DNA of 63,922 nucleotides, filler included, from Reclinomonas americana ATCC 50394 (lineage: Eukaryota), in the NCBI GenBank assembly GCA_048213135.1. It is 24 parts of 24 records of this genome, joined end to end, with 100 filler letters (N's around TTAATTAATTAA, not from the genome) between each part and the next. Parts side by side here need not be neighbours in the genome. Positions count along the whole stretch, not along the records: positions 1 to 2,325 come from AFZH01020083.1; positions 2,426 to 4,443 come from AFZH01020086.1; positions 4,544 to 8,722 come from AFZH01020087.1; positions 8,823 to 10,563 come from AFZH01020088.1; positions 10,664 to 13,674 come from AFZH01020089.1; positions 13,775 to 17,276 come from AFZH01020090.1; 18 more parts are not named here. One strand, given 5' to 3'. Below, one piece after another: positions 1 through 13,981 of the stretch (its first letter is position 1; each line of letters starts with the position of its first letter). Below the pieces are notes generated by a model. That model made no database searches, was not told where the DNA came from, and was given only the letters and a program-made list of their open reading frames with translations. The position numbers were made by a program, and so were the translations under genes.

Positions 1-58
1 GCTACCCCGCGTGCAGACTTTCAGCGGCGCTCCTTCTACAAGGCTTGCCCGTGACCTG

Positions 59-98
59 CTTTCGTGTTTCGGTCTAATTCTTTCGTGTTCGGGCCAAT
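59..98. promoter_or_regulatory. Tandem direct repeat with 21-bp period upstream of the AraC gene; putative AraC-family operator
   Basis: CTTTCGTGTTTCGGTCTAAT (59-78) and CTTTCGTGTTCGGGCCAAT (80-98). AraC-family proteins typically bind direct repeats two helical turns apart. Confidence 0.45.
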
Positions 99-100
99 CG

Positions 101-922
101 ATGAGAAAGCTGCCACAGCCAGAGGTCGAGGCCCTCCATTCCGATCATCGCCATATTCACGGCACGGTTTTCGACGCTGAAGGCGATGTTCTGGTTCGTG
201 TCTCCGACAATCCCGCCGGCTATACGATACCGCCGCACAGCCATCGCCAGATCCAGCTGCTTTGCGCCTTCTCCGGCGTGGTCCAGATCAACACCGAGCG
301 CGGCAGCTGGATGATTCCGCCGGGCCATGGCCTGCTCATCCCGGCCCGGCTGCAGCATTCGGTGGAGATGCTGAGCGATGTCAGCATCAAGTCTGTCTAT
401 CTGCTCACCGGGCATGACGACCTCGCCGAGCGCATGCTGCAGGTGCTCGGCGTCACCGAACTCGCCCATGCGCTGATCATCGAGGCCATCCGCCTGCGCG
501 ACGCGCTGCCCGACGATCGCAAGCTTGCGCTCGTCCTAGAACTGCTGACCGCCGAGATCGCGGCGCTGCCGATCCGGCCGCTCGGCCTGCCCATCCCGGC
601 CGATAGGCGGCTTTCCGCCCTCTGCCGCGCCTATATGGCCGCGCCCTCGGTCAACGAGCGGCTCGACGACTGGGCGGCGAAGCTGGCGATGAGCCGGCGG
701 ACCTTCACGCGGCTCTTCCAGCGCGAAACCGGTCTCAGCTTCGTCGCCTGGCGCCAGCAGGCCAGCCTGTTCGCCTGCCTGCCTCGCCTAGCGGAAGGCA
801 TGCCGGTCACGCAAGCCGCCATGCTGGCCGGCTATGACAACGTTGCGGCGTTCACCACCATGTTCCGGCGGCGGCTGGGCATTGCGCCGCGCAACTACAT
901 GAAGGCCTCGCTGGCGCGATAG
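101..922 (+). CDS. AraC-family transcriptional regulator (cupin + double HTH, NimR/RipA-like), bacterial
   Basis: N-terminal cupin motif PPHSH..QLL...GVV.I.T..G.W.IPPG; C-terminal LDDWAAKLAMSRRTFTRLFQRETGLSF..WRQQ and AGYDNVAAFTTMFRRRLG.AP. The ATG at 101 is preferred over the GTG at 11. Confidence 0.93.
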   Translation: MRKLPQPEVEALHSDHRHIHGTVFDAEGDVLVRVSDNPAGYTIPPHSHRQIQLLCAFSGVVQINTERGSWMIPPGHGLLIPARLQHSVEMLSDVSIKSVYLLTGHDDLAERMLQVLGVTELAHALIIEAIRLRDALPDDRKLALVLELLTAEIAALPIRPLGLPIPADRRLSALCRAYMAAPSVNERLDDWAAKLAMSRRTFTRLFQRETGLSFVAWRQQASLFACLPRLAEGMPVTQAAMLAGYDNVAAFTTMFRRRLGIAPRNYMKASLAR

Positions 923-941
923 CGTCGCCCAGGCGGACATG

Positions 942-969
942 AAAAAGGGCCGCTCTCGCGAGCGGCCCT
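942..969 (-). terminator. Rho-independent terminator for the minus-strand porin gene
   Basis: Perfect stem AGGGCCGCTC-tcgc-GAGCGGCCCT with an adjacent A-run (U-tract on the minus strand), lying between two convergent stop codons. Confidence 0.85.
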
Positions 970-995
970 CGAAACAATCCGTGTAACCGAAGAGG

Positions 996-1907
996 TCACT
1001 TCGGCGCGAAGATGCCGACGCTGCTGGCGGTGATGTCGAAGGAGAGCGTCGCCACAACCGTCGGATTGCACCACTTCGAACGGCCGGAGCCCGACGAGAT
1101 GCCGCGCGGATCGGCGGTCAGCGCGAAGCACTCGGTCTTGGACAGGTTGGTGTCGTGATAGCGCACGTCCGCCGTCAGATTCTTCCAGGTATAGGACACG
1201 CCGGCGTTCCAATAGGTGTAGTTCGGCAGGTTGGTCGGCGGATTGGTCGACCAGATCGCGAGATTGGTCGTGCCGAGCCAGTAATGGCCGAGCTCGCCCG
1301 AGACCGAGAGTCCCTCGAGGAAGGGCAGGTTGTACTTCGCCGTGGCCGAGGCGTAGGTGCCGCTCGCGCCGGTGCCGAGCCAGTCCCAGGCATAGAAGAC
1401 GTTGGCGCCGAGGATCAGCTTGTCCTCGAAATTATAGCTGACCTTGCCGTAGACCTCGGTGTAGTCGGTGTTCCGCGGCGTCCAGTAGACGCCGGCCGTG
1501 TCGATGTACTGCTTCTCGCCGGGATAATAGTACTGCCAGACGCCGACATCGACGGTGACCGGGCCGAATTTCGGCCGAATGCCGGCATAGAAATCGATCT
1601 CGGCCGGCGGGCTGGTGGCGAGGTCGACATTCGAGGCGTAGACACCGGCATAGACCAGGTTGTCGTAGAACTGCAGCTCGGCCCCGCCCTGGATCGCCGG
1701 CTTGCGGTCGGTCTGCGAGATGCCGCGGAAGTTATAGTCCGTCATGCCCTTCACGCTGACGGCGATGTCGAACCAGGTGATGCTCGGCGCCACCGGCACC
1801 GGCGGCGCGCCCTTGCGGCTCGGCAGGTCGGAGGCGAGCGCCGAGGCCGACACCGCCATCGAAAGCGCAAAGCCCGTCAGCAAGCCGGACATCTTCAAGG
1901 CAGCCAT
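996..1907 (-). CDS. TorF-family putative porin (TIGR02001-like outer-membrane protein), bacterial
   Basis: Signal peptide followed by ASDLPSRKGAP (Rhizobiales-type); motifs TDYNFRGISQT..KPAIQGG, EIDFYAGIRP, YTYWNAGVSY and DVRYHDT; GGAG RBS at 1914-1917 ahead of the ATG at 1907. Confidence 0.88.
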   Translation of the reverse strand: MAALKMSGLLTGFALSMAVSASALASDLPSRKGAPPVPVAPSITWFDIAVSVKGMTDYNFRGISQTDRKPAIQGGAELQFYDNLVYAGVYASNVDLATSPPAEIDFYAGIRPKFGPVTVDVGVWQYYYPGEKQYIDTAGVYWTPRNTDYTEVYGKVSYNFEDKLILGANVFYAWDWLGTGASGTYASATAKYNLPFLEGLSVSGELGHYWLGTTNLAIWSTNPPTNLPNYTYWNAGVSYTWKNLTADVRYHDTNLSKTECFALTADPRGISSGSGRSKWCNPTVVATLSFDITASSVGIFAPK

Positions 1908-1928
1908 CGCGAACTCCATCATGATTCT

Positions 1929-1944
1929 TGCACGATTCTGGCCG
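1929..1944 (-). promoter_or_regulatory. Putative sigma-54 (-24/-12) promoter of the porin gene
   Basis: The minus strand reads CGGCCAGAATCGTGCA, i.e. GG-N10-GC, just upstream of the RBS. Confidence 0.45.
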
Positions 1945-2006
1945 TGCATTCGCCATGATTAAGCCCTCGCGGGTGCGAGATCGGCAAGGCGAGGTTTTTT
2001 GCAAAT

Positions 2007-2023
2007 TGCCCGCCCATTGAGCA
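2007..2023. promoter_or_regulatory. Putative NtrC-type enhancer box
   Basis: TGCCCGCCCATTGAGCA is TGC-N11-GCA (17 bp), about 65-80 bp upstream of the putative -24 element. Confidence 0.35.
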
Positions 2024-2055
2024 ATGCGGGCAGATTTCGCTGTTTAGACGCCTAC

Positions 2056-2096
2056 AAAAGCGCCCGCGGCCATTGCTGGCCGCGGGCGTGACTTTT
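2056..2096. terminator. Rho-independent terminator, probably bidirectional
   Basis: Perfect 12-bp stem CGCCCGCGGCCA-ttgc-TGGCCGCGGGCG, with AAAA on the left and TTTT shortly to the right; just downstream of a minus-strand stop. Confidence 0.75.
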
Positions 2097-2121
2097 CTGC
2101 ATCAGTGCTTTGCGGGGCGCT

Positions 2122-2325
2122 TCAGCGCACCGTGGGCTGGCTCGCATAGGCCGCATCGGGCTGCAACTGCGAGGTCCGCAGCGTCGAAGCCCGGCGCGGC
2201 GGCAGCGGGGCGGTGACCGTTTGCGGGGTCTCCGGCACGGTCGAGGCGATCGGCGCCTGCTCTTTCGGCTCCGAGGAACCGCCAAGCAGCGGCACGAAGC
2301 TCAGCGCGCGCTGATAGAAAGAGGG
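2122..2325 (-). CDS. 3' fragment of a bacterial protein (5' end lost in the gap)
   Basis: Open frame PSFYQRALSFVPLLGGSSEPKEQAPIASTVPETPQTVTAPLPPRRASTLRTSQLQPDAAYASQPTVR* with GC3-rich codons, followed by the terminator. Confidence 0.55.
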   Translation of the reverse strand, partial: PSFYQRALSFVPLLGGSSEPKEQAPIASTVPETPQTVTAPLPPRRASTLRTSQLQPDAAYASQPTVR

Positions 2326-2424
2326 NNNNNNNNNNNNNNNNNNNNNNNNNNNNNNNNNNNNNNNNNNNNTTAATTAATTAANNNNNNNNNNNNNNNNNNN
2401 NNNNNNNNNNNNNNNNNNNNNNNN
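2326..2424. other. Artificial gap linker N-TTAATTAATTAA-N (first of 23); marks the bacterial/eukaryotic boundary
   Basis: The same six-frame-stop 12-mer inside N runs recurs at about 4444, 8723, 10564, 13675, 17277, 20213, 21510, 23318, 25525, 28061, 29460, 33910, 36480, 38267, 41953, 45188, 48774, 50905, 54916, 58506, 60206 and 61982. Confidence 0.98.
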
Positions 2425-2425
2425 N

Positions 2426-2508
<83 letters not shown>

Positions 2509-2591
2509 CCTTCCCTCACACCTCCCTTTCCTCTCGTTTCCCTTCCCCTCACACCTCCCTTCCCTCCCCTTTCCCTTCACCTTCCCCTTAG

Positions 2592-2946
2592 ATCCCGGCT
2601 CATCCCCCCCGCGGAGATGATGCAACAGCAGTCGCCCACGGCCCTGCAGCAGCAGCAAGCCGCTGCGGCCGCCGCTGCTGCCGCACAAATGCAACAACTC
2701 CAGCAGCAGCAGCAGCCGCAACAGCAGCAGCAGCAACCGCAGTTGTCGCATCAGCACACGCCGCCGCAGTTGTACGCTCAGCAGCAGCAGCAGGCGCAAC
2801 AGCAGCAGTACCTCTTGCAGCAGCAGCAGTTGATGCAACAGCAGCAGCAGCAGATGCAACCGCAGCAGCAGCAGCAGCAACAGGCGTACGCCTACGCACA
2901 GCAGCAGCAGGCGGCGCAGCAACAGCAGCAGTACATGATGCAGTTG

Positions 2947-2982
<36 letters not shown>

Positions 2983-4093
2983 GCAGCCGCCGTCGCCGCC
3001 GCAGCAGCAGCTCAGCAACAACAACAACAACAGCAGCAACAGCAACAACAGCTGCAGCAAATGCAACAGATGCAGCAGATGCAACAGATGCAGCAAATGG
3101 CGATGCAACAACAGCAGCAGCAACAGCAACAGCAGCAGGCCGCCGCCGCAGCCGCCGCCCAGCAGCAGGCCGCGCAGCAGCATCAGTTGACGCAGGAGCA
3201 AATGACGGAGATGTATCGTGCGTTGGCGCCGGAGCACCAGGCTCAGTTCAGCCAGCACATGCAGGGCATTATGAGTCTGCCTCCAGAGCAGCAGCCGCAG
3301 TATCAGCAGCAGGCCACCAAGTGGCTAATGGAGCAGTACCAGGCACGGCAGATGCTGCTTCAGCAGCAACAGCAGCAGCAACAGCAACAGCAACTGCAAC
3401 AGCAGCGGCAGCGCGAGCAGGAGATGCAGCGGCGCCGCGAGGCCGAGCTTCGTCAGCAGCAGCAGCAACTCATGCAACAACAACAGGTGTACCAGGAGTA
3501 TGTGTCGCAGTACAACGAGGCATTCCAGCGGCTGCAGCAGTCGGAGCAGACGGTGCAAGCGTGGATTATGCAGGCGTCACTGGCGCTGCAGAATATCCCC
3601 GAGGGCCCCGCTCGCGACGACGCGCAGCTCCAGTTCCGCGAGCATCAAGCCAATGCCACACAGAACCTGGATGCGCAAAAGGCCAACTTGGTGCAACTGC
3701 AGCAAAAGGCCATGCAGGCGCAGCAGAATGTGAATCAGCTGACCTCACGACTCGGCAGCGTGCAAGGCATGAGCGGTGGCATGCAAGGCGGACGTGGTGG
3801 TATCAGGTGCGGCAAAATTTTTAAGAACCAAGGTGCAATACGTGTTGTACACATGGTCGCCTCACCGCTTCTTGTTCACCTGCAGCACCGACATTTCACT
3901 GCAAGGTGGACAGCGGTACGGCGGCGCTGCGCGCCCACAGTACATGACGCAGAATGCCGGCCGTGGTCGTCGCGTCACCGACCGAGATGGCGATGGAGAG
4001 TGGGTCGATCGGCGTCGACCGAAGAGCTTTTACGCCAACTCGCAGCGCCGGTCGTCGGGTCGTGTGCCTCGTGGTCGTCGTCGTGATGAGGAG
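2592..4093 (+). CDS. PolyQ/polyA low-complexity exons (2592-3806, 3886-4093); probably the N-terminus of the downstream CHD gene
   Basis: About 400 codons dominated by mixed CAG/CAA. GT-AG intron at 3807-3885. The phase-0 donor at 4094 matches the phase-0 acceptor at 4734. Confidence 0.75.
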
Positions 4094-4393
4094 GTGGGTG
4101 TTTGAAGAGGGTCGAGAGAGAGGGAGAGGGAGAGGGAGAGGGAGAGTGAGAGACGGAAAGGGAGAGGGAGAGCGGGAGAGGGAGAGGGAGAGGGCGGAAA
4201 GGGGAAGAGGGAGAGAGCGAGAGCGAGAGGGAGAGTGAGAGACAGAAAGGGAGAGGGAGCGGAAGAGTGAGAGACAGAAAGGGAGAGGGGGCGGGAGATG
4301 GAGATGGAGAGGTAGAGGGAGAGGGAGAGGGAGAGGGAGAGGGAGAGGGAGAGGGAGAGAGAATGAGAGAAACGGAGAGAGAGAATGACAGAT

Positions 4394-4434
<41 letters not shown>

Positions 4435-4734
4435 GAGAGAGAGNNNNNNNNNNNNNNNNNNNNNNNNNNNNNNNNNNNNNNNNNNNNTTAATTAATTAAN
4501 NNNNNNNNNNNNNNNNNNNNNNNNNNNNNNNNNNNNNNNNNNNGCTCTTCCCCCTTCTCTTCTCCCCCTTTCTCCTCCCCCTTTCTCCTCCCCCTTTCTC
4601 CTCCCCCTTTCTCCTCCCCCTTTCTCCTCCCCCTTCCTCTTCCCCCTTTCTTCCCCTTTCTTCCCCCTTTCTTCCCCCTTCGTCTTCCCCCTTCGTCTTC
4701 CCCCTTCTCACCCACCCTTTCCCCTCGCCCACAG

Positions 4735-8440
<3,706 letters not shown>

Positions 8441-9079
8441 TGAGTGGAGGGGGTGGAGAAGGGGGAAGGGGGAAGGGAGAAGGGGGAAGGGGATTTCATG
8501 ATTCTCTCTGTGCGTTGAATCTCGGATGCGTTGAATCGTGCTGAGGAAGCCTACTTCTGTACTTCCTCTCTTGCTCACACAATCGTTTGCTTCTGAAGCA
8601 TGAGCATCATTTGCTTTTGCACTGGCTTTCTCTCGCGCTCACTCGCACTATTACTTCGTGAATATGACTGTTGTTTGACACACTTTCTCTCCGTCTCTCT
8701 CTCTCTCTCTCTCTCTCTCTCTNNNNNNNNNNNNNNNNNNNNNNNNNNNNNNNNNNNNNNNNNNNNTTAATTAATTAANNNNNNNNNNNNNNNNNNNNNN
8801 NNNNNNNNNNNNNNNNNNNNNNAAGCATTTGTGGTCACGTGCGCCGTGAGAGACTGTTTTCGTGTCGATTTGTGTCAGCTGGCTGTACTTGTATTTTGTA
8901 TTGGTGATTGTGTGAGTCACTGAGCAAACGAGTTCTTTGTGGGCATCTGCGTGTACGTACGTGGAGGAAGAATGAGGCGTCTGCACGTGTATTTGGCGCG
9001 ATTCGTGCACCATCTCTCGTCCCTTTTCTCCCCTCCCTTATCTCCCTTTCCCCTTCCCCCTTCCCCTTCACCCCCGCAG

Positions 9080-9972
9080 GCCGGCAAGCTGAAGAAGAAG
9101 AAGGGCCTGCTCGTGCCCGGCGGCGGCATCATCATCGAGGACGGTGGTGCTGGGCCGAGCGATACAACGACAGCGGCCGCGCCGGAGGCCGACGCGGGAG
9201 AGATGCTGCTCGACGACGACGTTGCCGAGGCGGGCGAGGAGGCCGTCGCGGCAGCGGTCCCGGGTCTGGCCACGCTGTTGACCGAGGTGCAGTGGCGCGA
9301 GGTGCTCACCGATGTGCTGGACATGTTGGACATTGTCGAGAGCAAGCGGTCGCATGGTGAGAGTGTCGATGCTGATGGAACCAGTCTTCTTAATTTCTAT
9401 CTCATCTCACGTCCTGCTTCCCAGTGACCCTTGTCCCCGGCTCTCTGGCCACTCGCAAGCCCAAGGTGAAGCGACCATCTGTGTCTCGCGCACCGCTGCC
9501 CGACGATGGCTCCCGAGGCGGCGCCGGTGGTTCTGCCGGCACCCCGGAGGACGGCGAGCGTCGCGGCATCAAGCGCTCACGCGACGAGATGGCCGCCGAA
9601 GGCGAAGAGTTTGGTGACGAAGAGGAAGAGGAGGAGGAGGAGGACGCCGAAGACGAGGAATTCGAGGAGAATGGCGGCGACGGCAACGGCCTGGGCGGCC
9701 TCGTTGTACCACCAGCACCGAGTCACAAGTTTGACGACGACGATGGCGACGAAGGCGGCGAAGGAATGGCGGCTGACGACGAAGAGGAGGCTCTCGAGGA
9801 CGACGACGACGACGATGGCGACGGTGGCGCATATGGCAATGCCAAGGCGCCTGCTGCCTCCAAGCCCGCGTTCGACGACGATGAGCTGCTGGACGACGAC
9901 GACGACGATGCCAATGGCGAGCCACCAAACAAGATGCGTCGGACAGGCGGCTCTCCGCGACATGTGAGATGA
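9080..9972 (+). CDS. Terminal exons (9080-9356, 9425-9972) of a protein with an acidic D/E-rich tail and basic NLS-like motifs; possibly the CHD 3' end
   Basis: GT-AG intron at 9357-9424 joins the frames; KLKKKK, GIKRSRDE and PPNKMRR motifs; same strand as CHD, next segment. Confidence 0.65.
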
Positions 9973-10377
9973 TCTGGTGGGATAAGGAGAGTGACAGAGA
10001 GAGAGAATTCATAGTGGCGACAGCAAGAACAACACAAAAAAGTGAAACGAATCGCATTTGGTATTCTTTGTAATAATTATGGGCGATGTGAGCAGAGAGC
10101 ATTCTCGCGCGCTTTGTGTGTGTGTGTGTCTCTGAGTGTCTCTCTCACTCTCTTCGTGTGTGTATGTGTAGGCAAGTGATCAGCGGCCTCTGTTTGTGCA
10201 ACGACAACAGAGACAACAGCAGCAGCAAGTGTCGTTTGCAGTCGTCGAGTCGCCGCCTCCTCCAGAAGTTGAGAGAAGAGAGAGAGAGAAGAGAGAGGAA
10301 AGGGGAAGAGAGAGAAGAGAGAGGAAAGGGAAAGAGAGAGAGAAGAGAGAGAAAGAGAGGTGCATTGTGATCGATTG

Positions 10378-10445
<68 letters not shown>

Positions 10446-10828
10446 AGGGAGGAGAGAGAGATGCATTGAGATTGGTTGGTGAGTGCATTTGAGAGAGAGA
10501 GAGAGAATGAAATTAGGCGCGCCTAGTTGAGGGATTAGGTGACTGCAGGCGCGCACTTAATCTNNNNNNNNNNNNNNNNNNNNNNNNNNNNNNNNNNNNN
10601 NNNNNNNTTAATTAATTAANNNNNNNNNNNNNNNNNNNNNNNNNNNNNNNNNNNNNNNNNNNNTGTGAGGAGGAGAGGGAGGGGGAGAGGAGGAAGGAGA
10701 AGAGGGGAAGGAGGGGGAAGGGCGAAGGTGCTCTCTTGTTCTTGTTCTTGTTCTTCTTCATTCTCCTTCTTCTTCATTCCCTTCTTCTTCGTCTTCTGTT
10801 CTTGTTCTTCTTGTTGTTGTTGTTGTCG

Positions 10829-10859
<31 letters not shown>

Positions 10860-11647
10860 ATCGTCGTCGTTGTTGTTGTTGTTGTTCTTCTTCTTTTTTC
10901 TTCATTCTCCCTCTTCTTCTCTCATTCTGTGCTTCTTTTTATTCTTCTTCTTCATCCTCCTCCTCTTCCTCTACATGCTTCTTCTCTTCTTCTTCTTCTT
11001 CTTTTTTCTTCCTCTCCGTCGTTCTCATCCTCCTCATTCGCCTCCTCTTCCTCTCCCCTTCTTCTTGTTCTCGTTCCTTTTGCTCTTCGTCATCTTCGTC
11101 TCTCCTTGTTGTTCTTCTTCTCCTTTCTGCACAATCCCCTCTTCTTCTTCTCGTCCATCTCTCCTCGTCTTCTTCATCTTGTTCTTCTTCCTCTTTGTCG
11201 TTCTCCTCTTCCTCTCTCCTTCTTGTTTATCTGCTTCTCATTTATGCACTAATACCCCCTTCTTCTTCTCCTCCTCATCCTTTCGTCTTCATCTTCATCT
11301 TCTTGTTCTTTGTCTCCTTCCCCGTCTATGTTCCGTCTCATGTCCCGTCGTCTCTGTTGGCTACTCACATCCCGTCATTCTCATGGTTCTTCTCCTCCTC
11401 CTCCTCTCGTCTTTCTCTTGGCTGCTCACACGTCCCTTACTTTCTCATGGTTCTTCTTCTCCTCCTCCTTTATCTTCTTCTCTTGCCTCATCTCCCTCGT
11501 CTTTCTCTTGGCTATGTCCCTTTCTTTCTCGCGGTTCTCCTCCTCCTCGTCCTCCTCCTCCTCATGCTCCTCTCTCCTTCACTCCTCCTGCTCCTCCCTC
11601 CTTCACTCCTCTTTGCCCTCCTTTCCCTCACAGCCCTCCACCCACAG

Positions 11648-12579
11648 AGCGGCCGCCCGGGAAAAGCTCGCCGAGCGTGAATCCGCTGCCTGGCAAGGCG
11701 GCTCGTCATCGGCAGCCGCGCCTGCTGCCGTCGGGAGTGCTGCGGCGGGCGCCTCATCACCGTCGTCGGTAAGTGTGCGCGCGTGGTGGAAGAAGCAGGC
11801 GACAGCGGGGAGGCCGGGGCATCGGAGGCCGCTGTCGCTGGACATGTCGACGGGCGAGGTGAGGAAGGGTGGTGTTGGATGGAAGAGGATTTGGCGTCTC
11901 ATGCGATTGTGTTGCAGGTGTTTTCCTTCCTCGGCGTGTCATTGTTGCGTTTCCATCTGCTCGTATTGCCTCTGGTGCGTTGTGTGCTCACGTCGAGACG
12001 CACAGGGACGAGCTCACGGAAATGGCTGTGGATTTGAGGAGATCGCTGGTGCTTTACGACGGATGGGCTACGAAACGGTTCACACTCTGTCCCTCTCCTC
12101 GCTCAGCGATCGCACGCTGAAGCTATTGCATCGTCGTCTCTGCAGCGGTGCTGTCTTCAAAACATGGCGTCGCCGATTCTTCATCCTCACGGGTCAGTCG
12201 CGTGTTCCCTTCTGCACATCTCTGTTGTGCGCCATCTGAGCTTCTCCGCAGGCGACATGGATCTGCATTACTTTGTGGACGACAAGGGACGCAGTTTGAA
12301 AGGCACCATTCATTTGATGGACGCCGTGAACGTGCCGTATCTGGAGTCGGTCAGCGAGGTCGACGACAGCTCGTCGGCCCCGCCGCAAGCCGAGTGTCTA
12401 GTGATTCCGGTGAAGGGGCGCAATTATTACTTGGTTTTTGAGATGCCGGAGGTGAGCAGAGCTCGGTGAATCGCCCTTGGCATGCAACTCACCCCATTTC
12501 ACAGGAAATGCGAGGCTGGCGCATTGTGTTGGAGGCCGCAATCAACGCTGTCACTGGAGGTCGTGTTGCAGCGCGATGA
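11648..12579 (+). CDS. PH-domain protein, 3' exons
   Basis: Spliced sequence LYDGWATKR|GAVFKTWRRRFFILT|GDMDLHYFVDDKGRSLKGTIHL...RNYYLVFEMPE|EMRGWRIVLEAAI fits the PH consensus, including the terminal-helix Trp. TGA at 12577-12579. Confidence 0.85.
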
Positions 12580-12671
12580 ATGTGCTGCTGCTGCCACGGC
12601 TGCGACGACAAGCAGAGTGTTCGCGCGCGCCCACCCGCCATTCCCTTTCATCTACTTTTGTACTAGTGTAA

Positions 12672-13621
12672 TCAGAAAGACCGCGCGGTCGACGATATGT
12701 AGCGCATGACGAGGAACCACAGCCTGCAGACACGCACGTATGAGTGAGATGGAAGGGAAATGGACGCACACACTCTCTCCCTCACACCACGCAACAATCC
12801 GATGGGAGCTCCGACTGCAGCCCCGACCAGCATTTGCAACGGCGTGTGTTTGCGCGAGCGGATGCGGAACGAGAGTGAGGGCCACGCGCACAACATTGCC
12901 AGGCACCAACCGAGGAGCCGCTGGGCGAGAGGAAACTGCAGCATGTCGACGCCAAACAAGCAACTGTGCACGCCAGGTGAGACCGGCGACAGCTCGGGTA
13001 CAAGAGACTGCATACAACCGACCTCCGATCGAAGGGCTCGGCCGGAGCCGCAAACAAGCGGCACAGCACGACGGTAAACATGAACGAGGCCGCCAACGAG
13101 TGTGCGCTCGGCATGCCCGGTCCTCGTGGCTTCACTCGTCGCTGTCACACGTCTCGTGTGTGAGAGGCATGCACCCAAAAAGCAGAAGCACGCGAGTTGT
13201 CAAACAGCACCTGATCCTCCGGCAACTCCTCCTCCCGCTGCTTGTAGAACTGGAGAACGTGTGGCTCGTGGAACGGGATGCGAGTGAGACTGGCGAGGGG
13301 AACGTGACTGGGCCGGAAGGGACGCGGTTGGCTGTAGTGTCGCTTGAGGAACTTGGCTGCAGCGGGGAGGGAGGGTGGGAGAAGGCCAAACGATGAGCTG
13401 CATTGCTTGGTGACACGCGCCTGCCTAAACGATGCCTTTCTTTTGTCGTGGCATGTGCCTGCTCTCCCTCCCTCCCTCCCTCCTTCCATCTCTCCCTCTC
13501 TCTCTCTCATGATATGAGCTTGCCCCTGAACAATGCTTTCTTCCTCTCGTGGCATGTGCCTTGCCCTGAGCAATGCCTTCATCCCCTTCGCACTCCCTGC
13601 TGTCCTTCCCAACCTCCTTTC

Positions 13622-13674
<53 letters not shown>

Positions 13675-13916
13675 NNNNNNNNNNNNNNNNNNNNNNNNNN
13701 NNNNNNNNNNNNNNNNNNTTAATTAATTAANNNNNNNNNNNNNNNNNNNNNNNNNNNNNNNNNNNNNNNNNNNNTCTCTCTCTCTCTGCACTCACCAATC
13801 GCACGCAGCACCAGTCCCGCCAGTGGTGTGAGCAGGAGCACCCAGTGACCCGACTTCCACGCACTGAGGGCCAAGTCGAGAGCGCCGGTGCCCACGGCGA
13901 GGTACTTGAGCTGCAT
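12672..13916 (-). CDS. PAP2-family lipid / dolichyl-diphosphate phosphatase-like membrane protein (spans a gap)
   Basis: Motif 1 KRHYSQPRP (K-X6-RP), motif 2 GMPSAH, motif 3 RIRSRKHTPLQMLVG; hydrophobic segments; first exon MQLKYLAVG at 13916. Confidence 0.8.
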
Positions 13917-13981
13917 GTGATCGACAGTGAGAGGGAGAGAGAGAGAGAGAGAGAGTGTGTGTGTGCGAGAGAAGCCGCAAC

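Noticed and set aside
1155..1958. 267-aa plus-strand ORF overlapping the porin
   Set aside because: Antisense shadow typical of high-GC coding DNA; no motifs.
2370..2381. Recurring TTAATTAATTAA motif as a biological repeat or recombination site
   Set aside because: It is always embedded in N runs of constant total length and gives stops in all six frames, so it is an artificial linker.
2374..3258. Long poly-Leu minus-strand ORF
   Set aside because: Antisense shadow of the polyQ exon.
10665..11640. Several 200-300-aa F/S/L-rich ORFs (likewise 27276-28108, 43892-44866, 52113-53271)
   Set aside because: They are stop-free only because the DNA is A-poor pyrimidine repeat inside introns.
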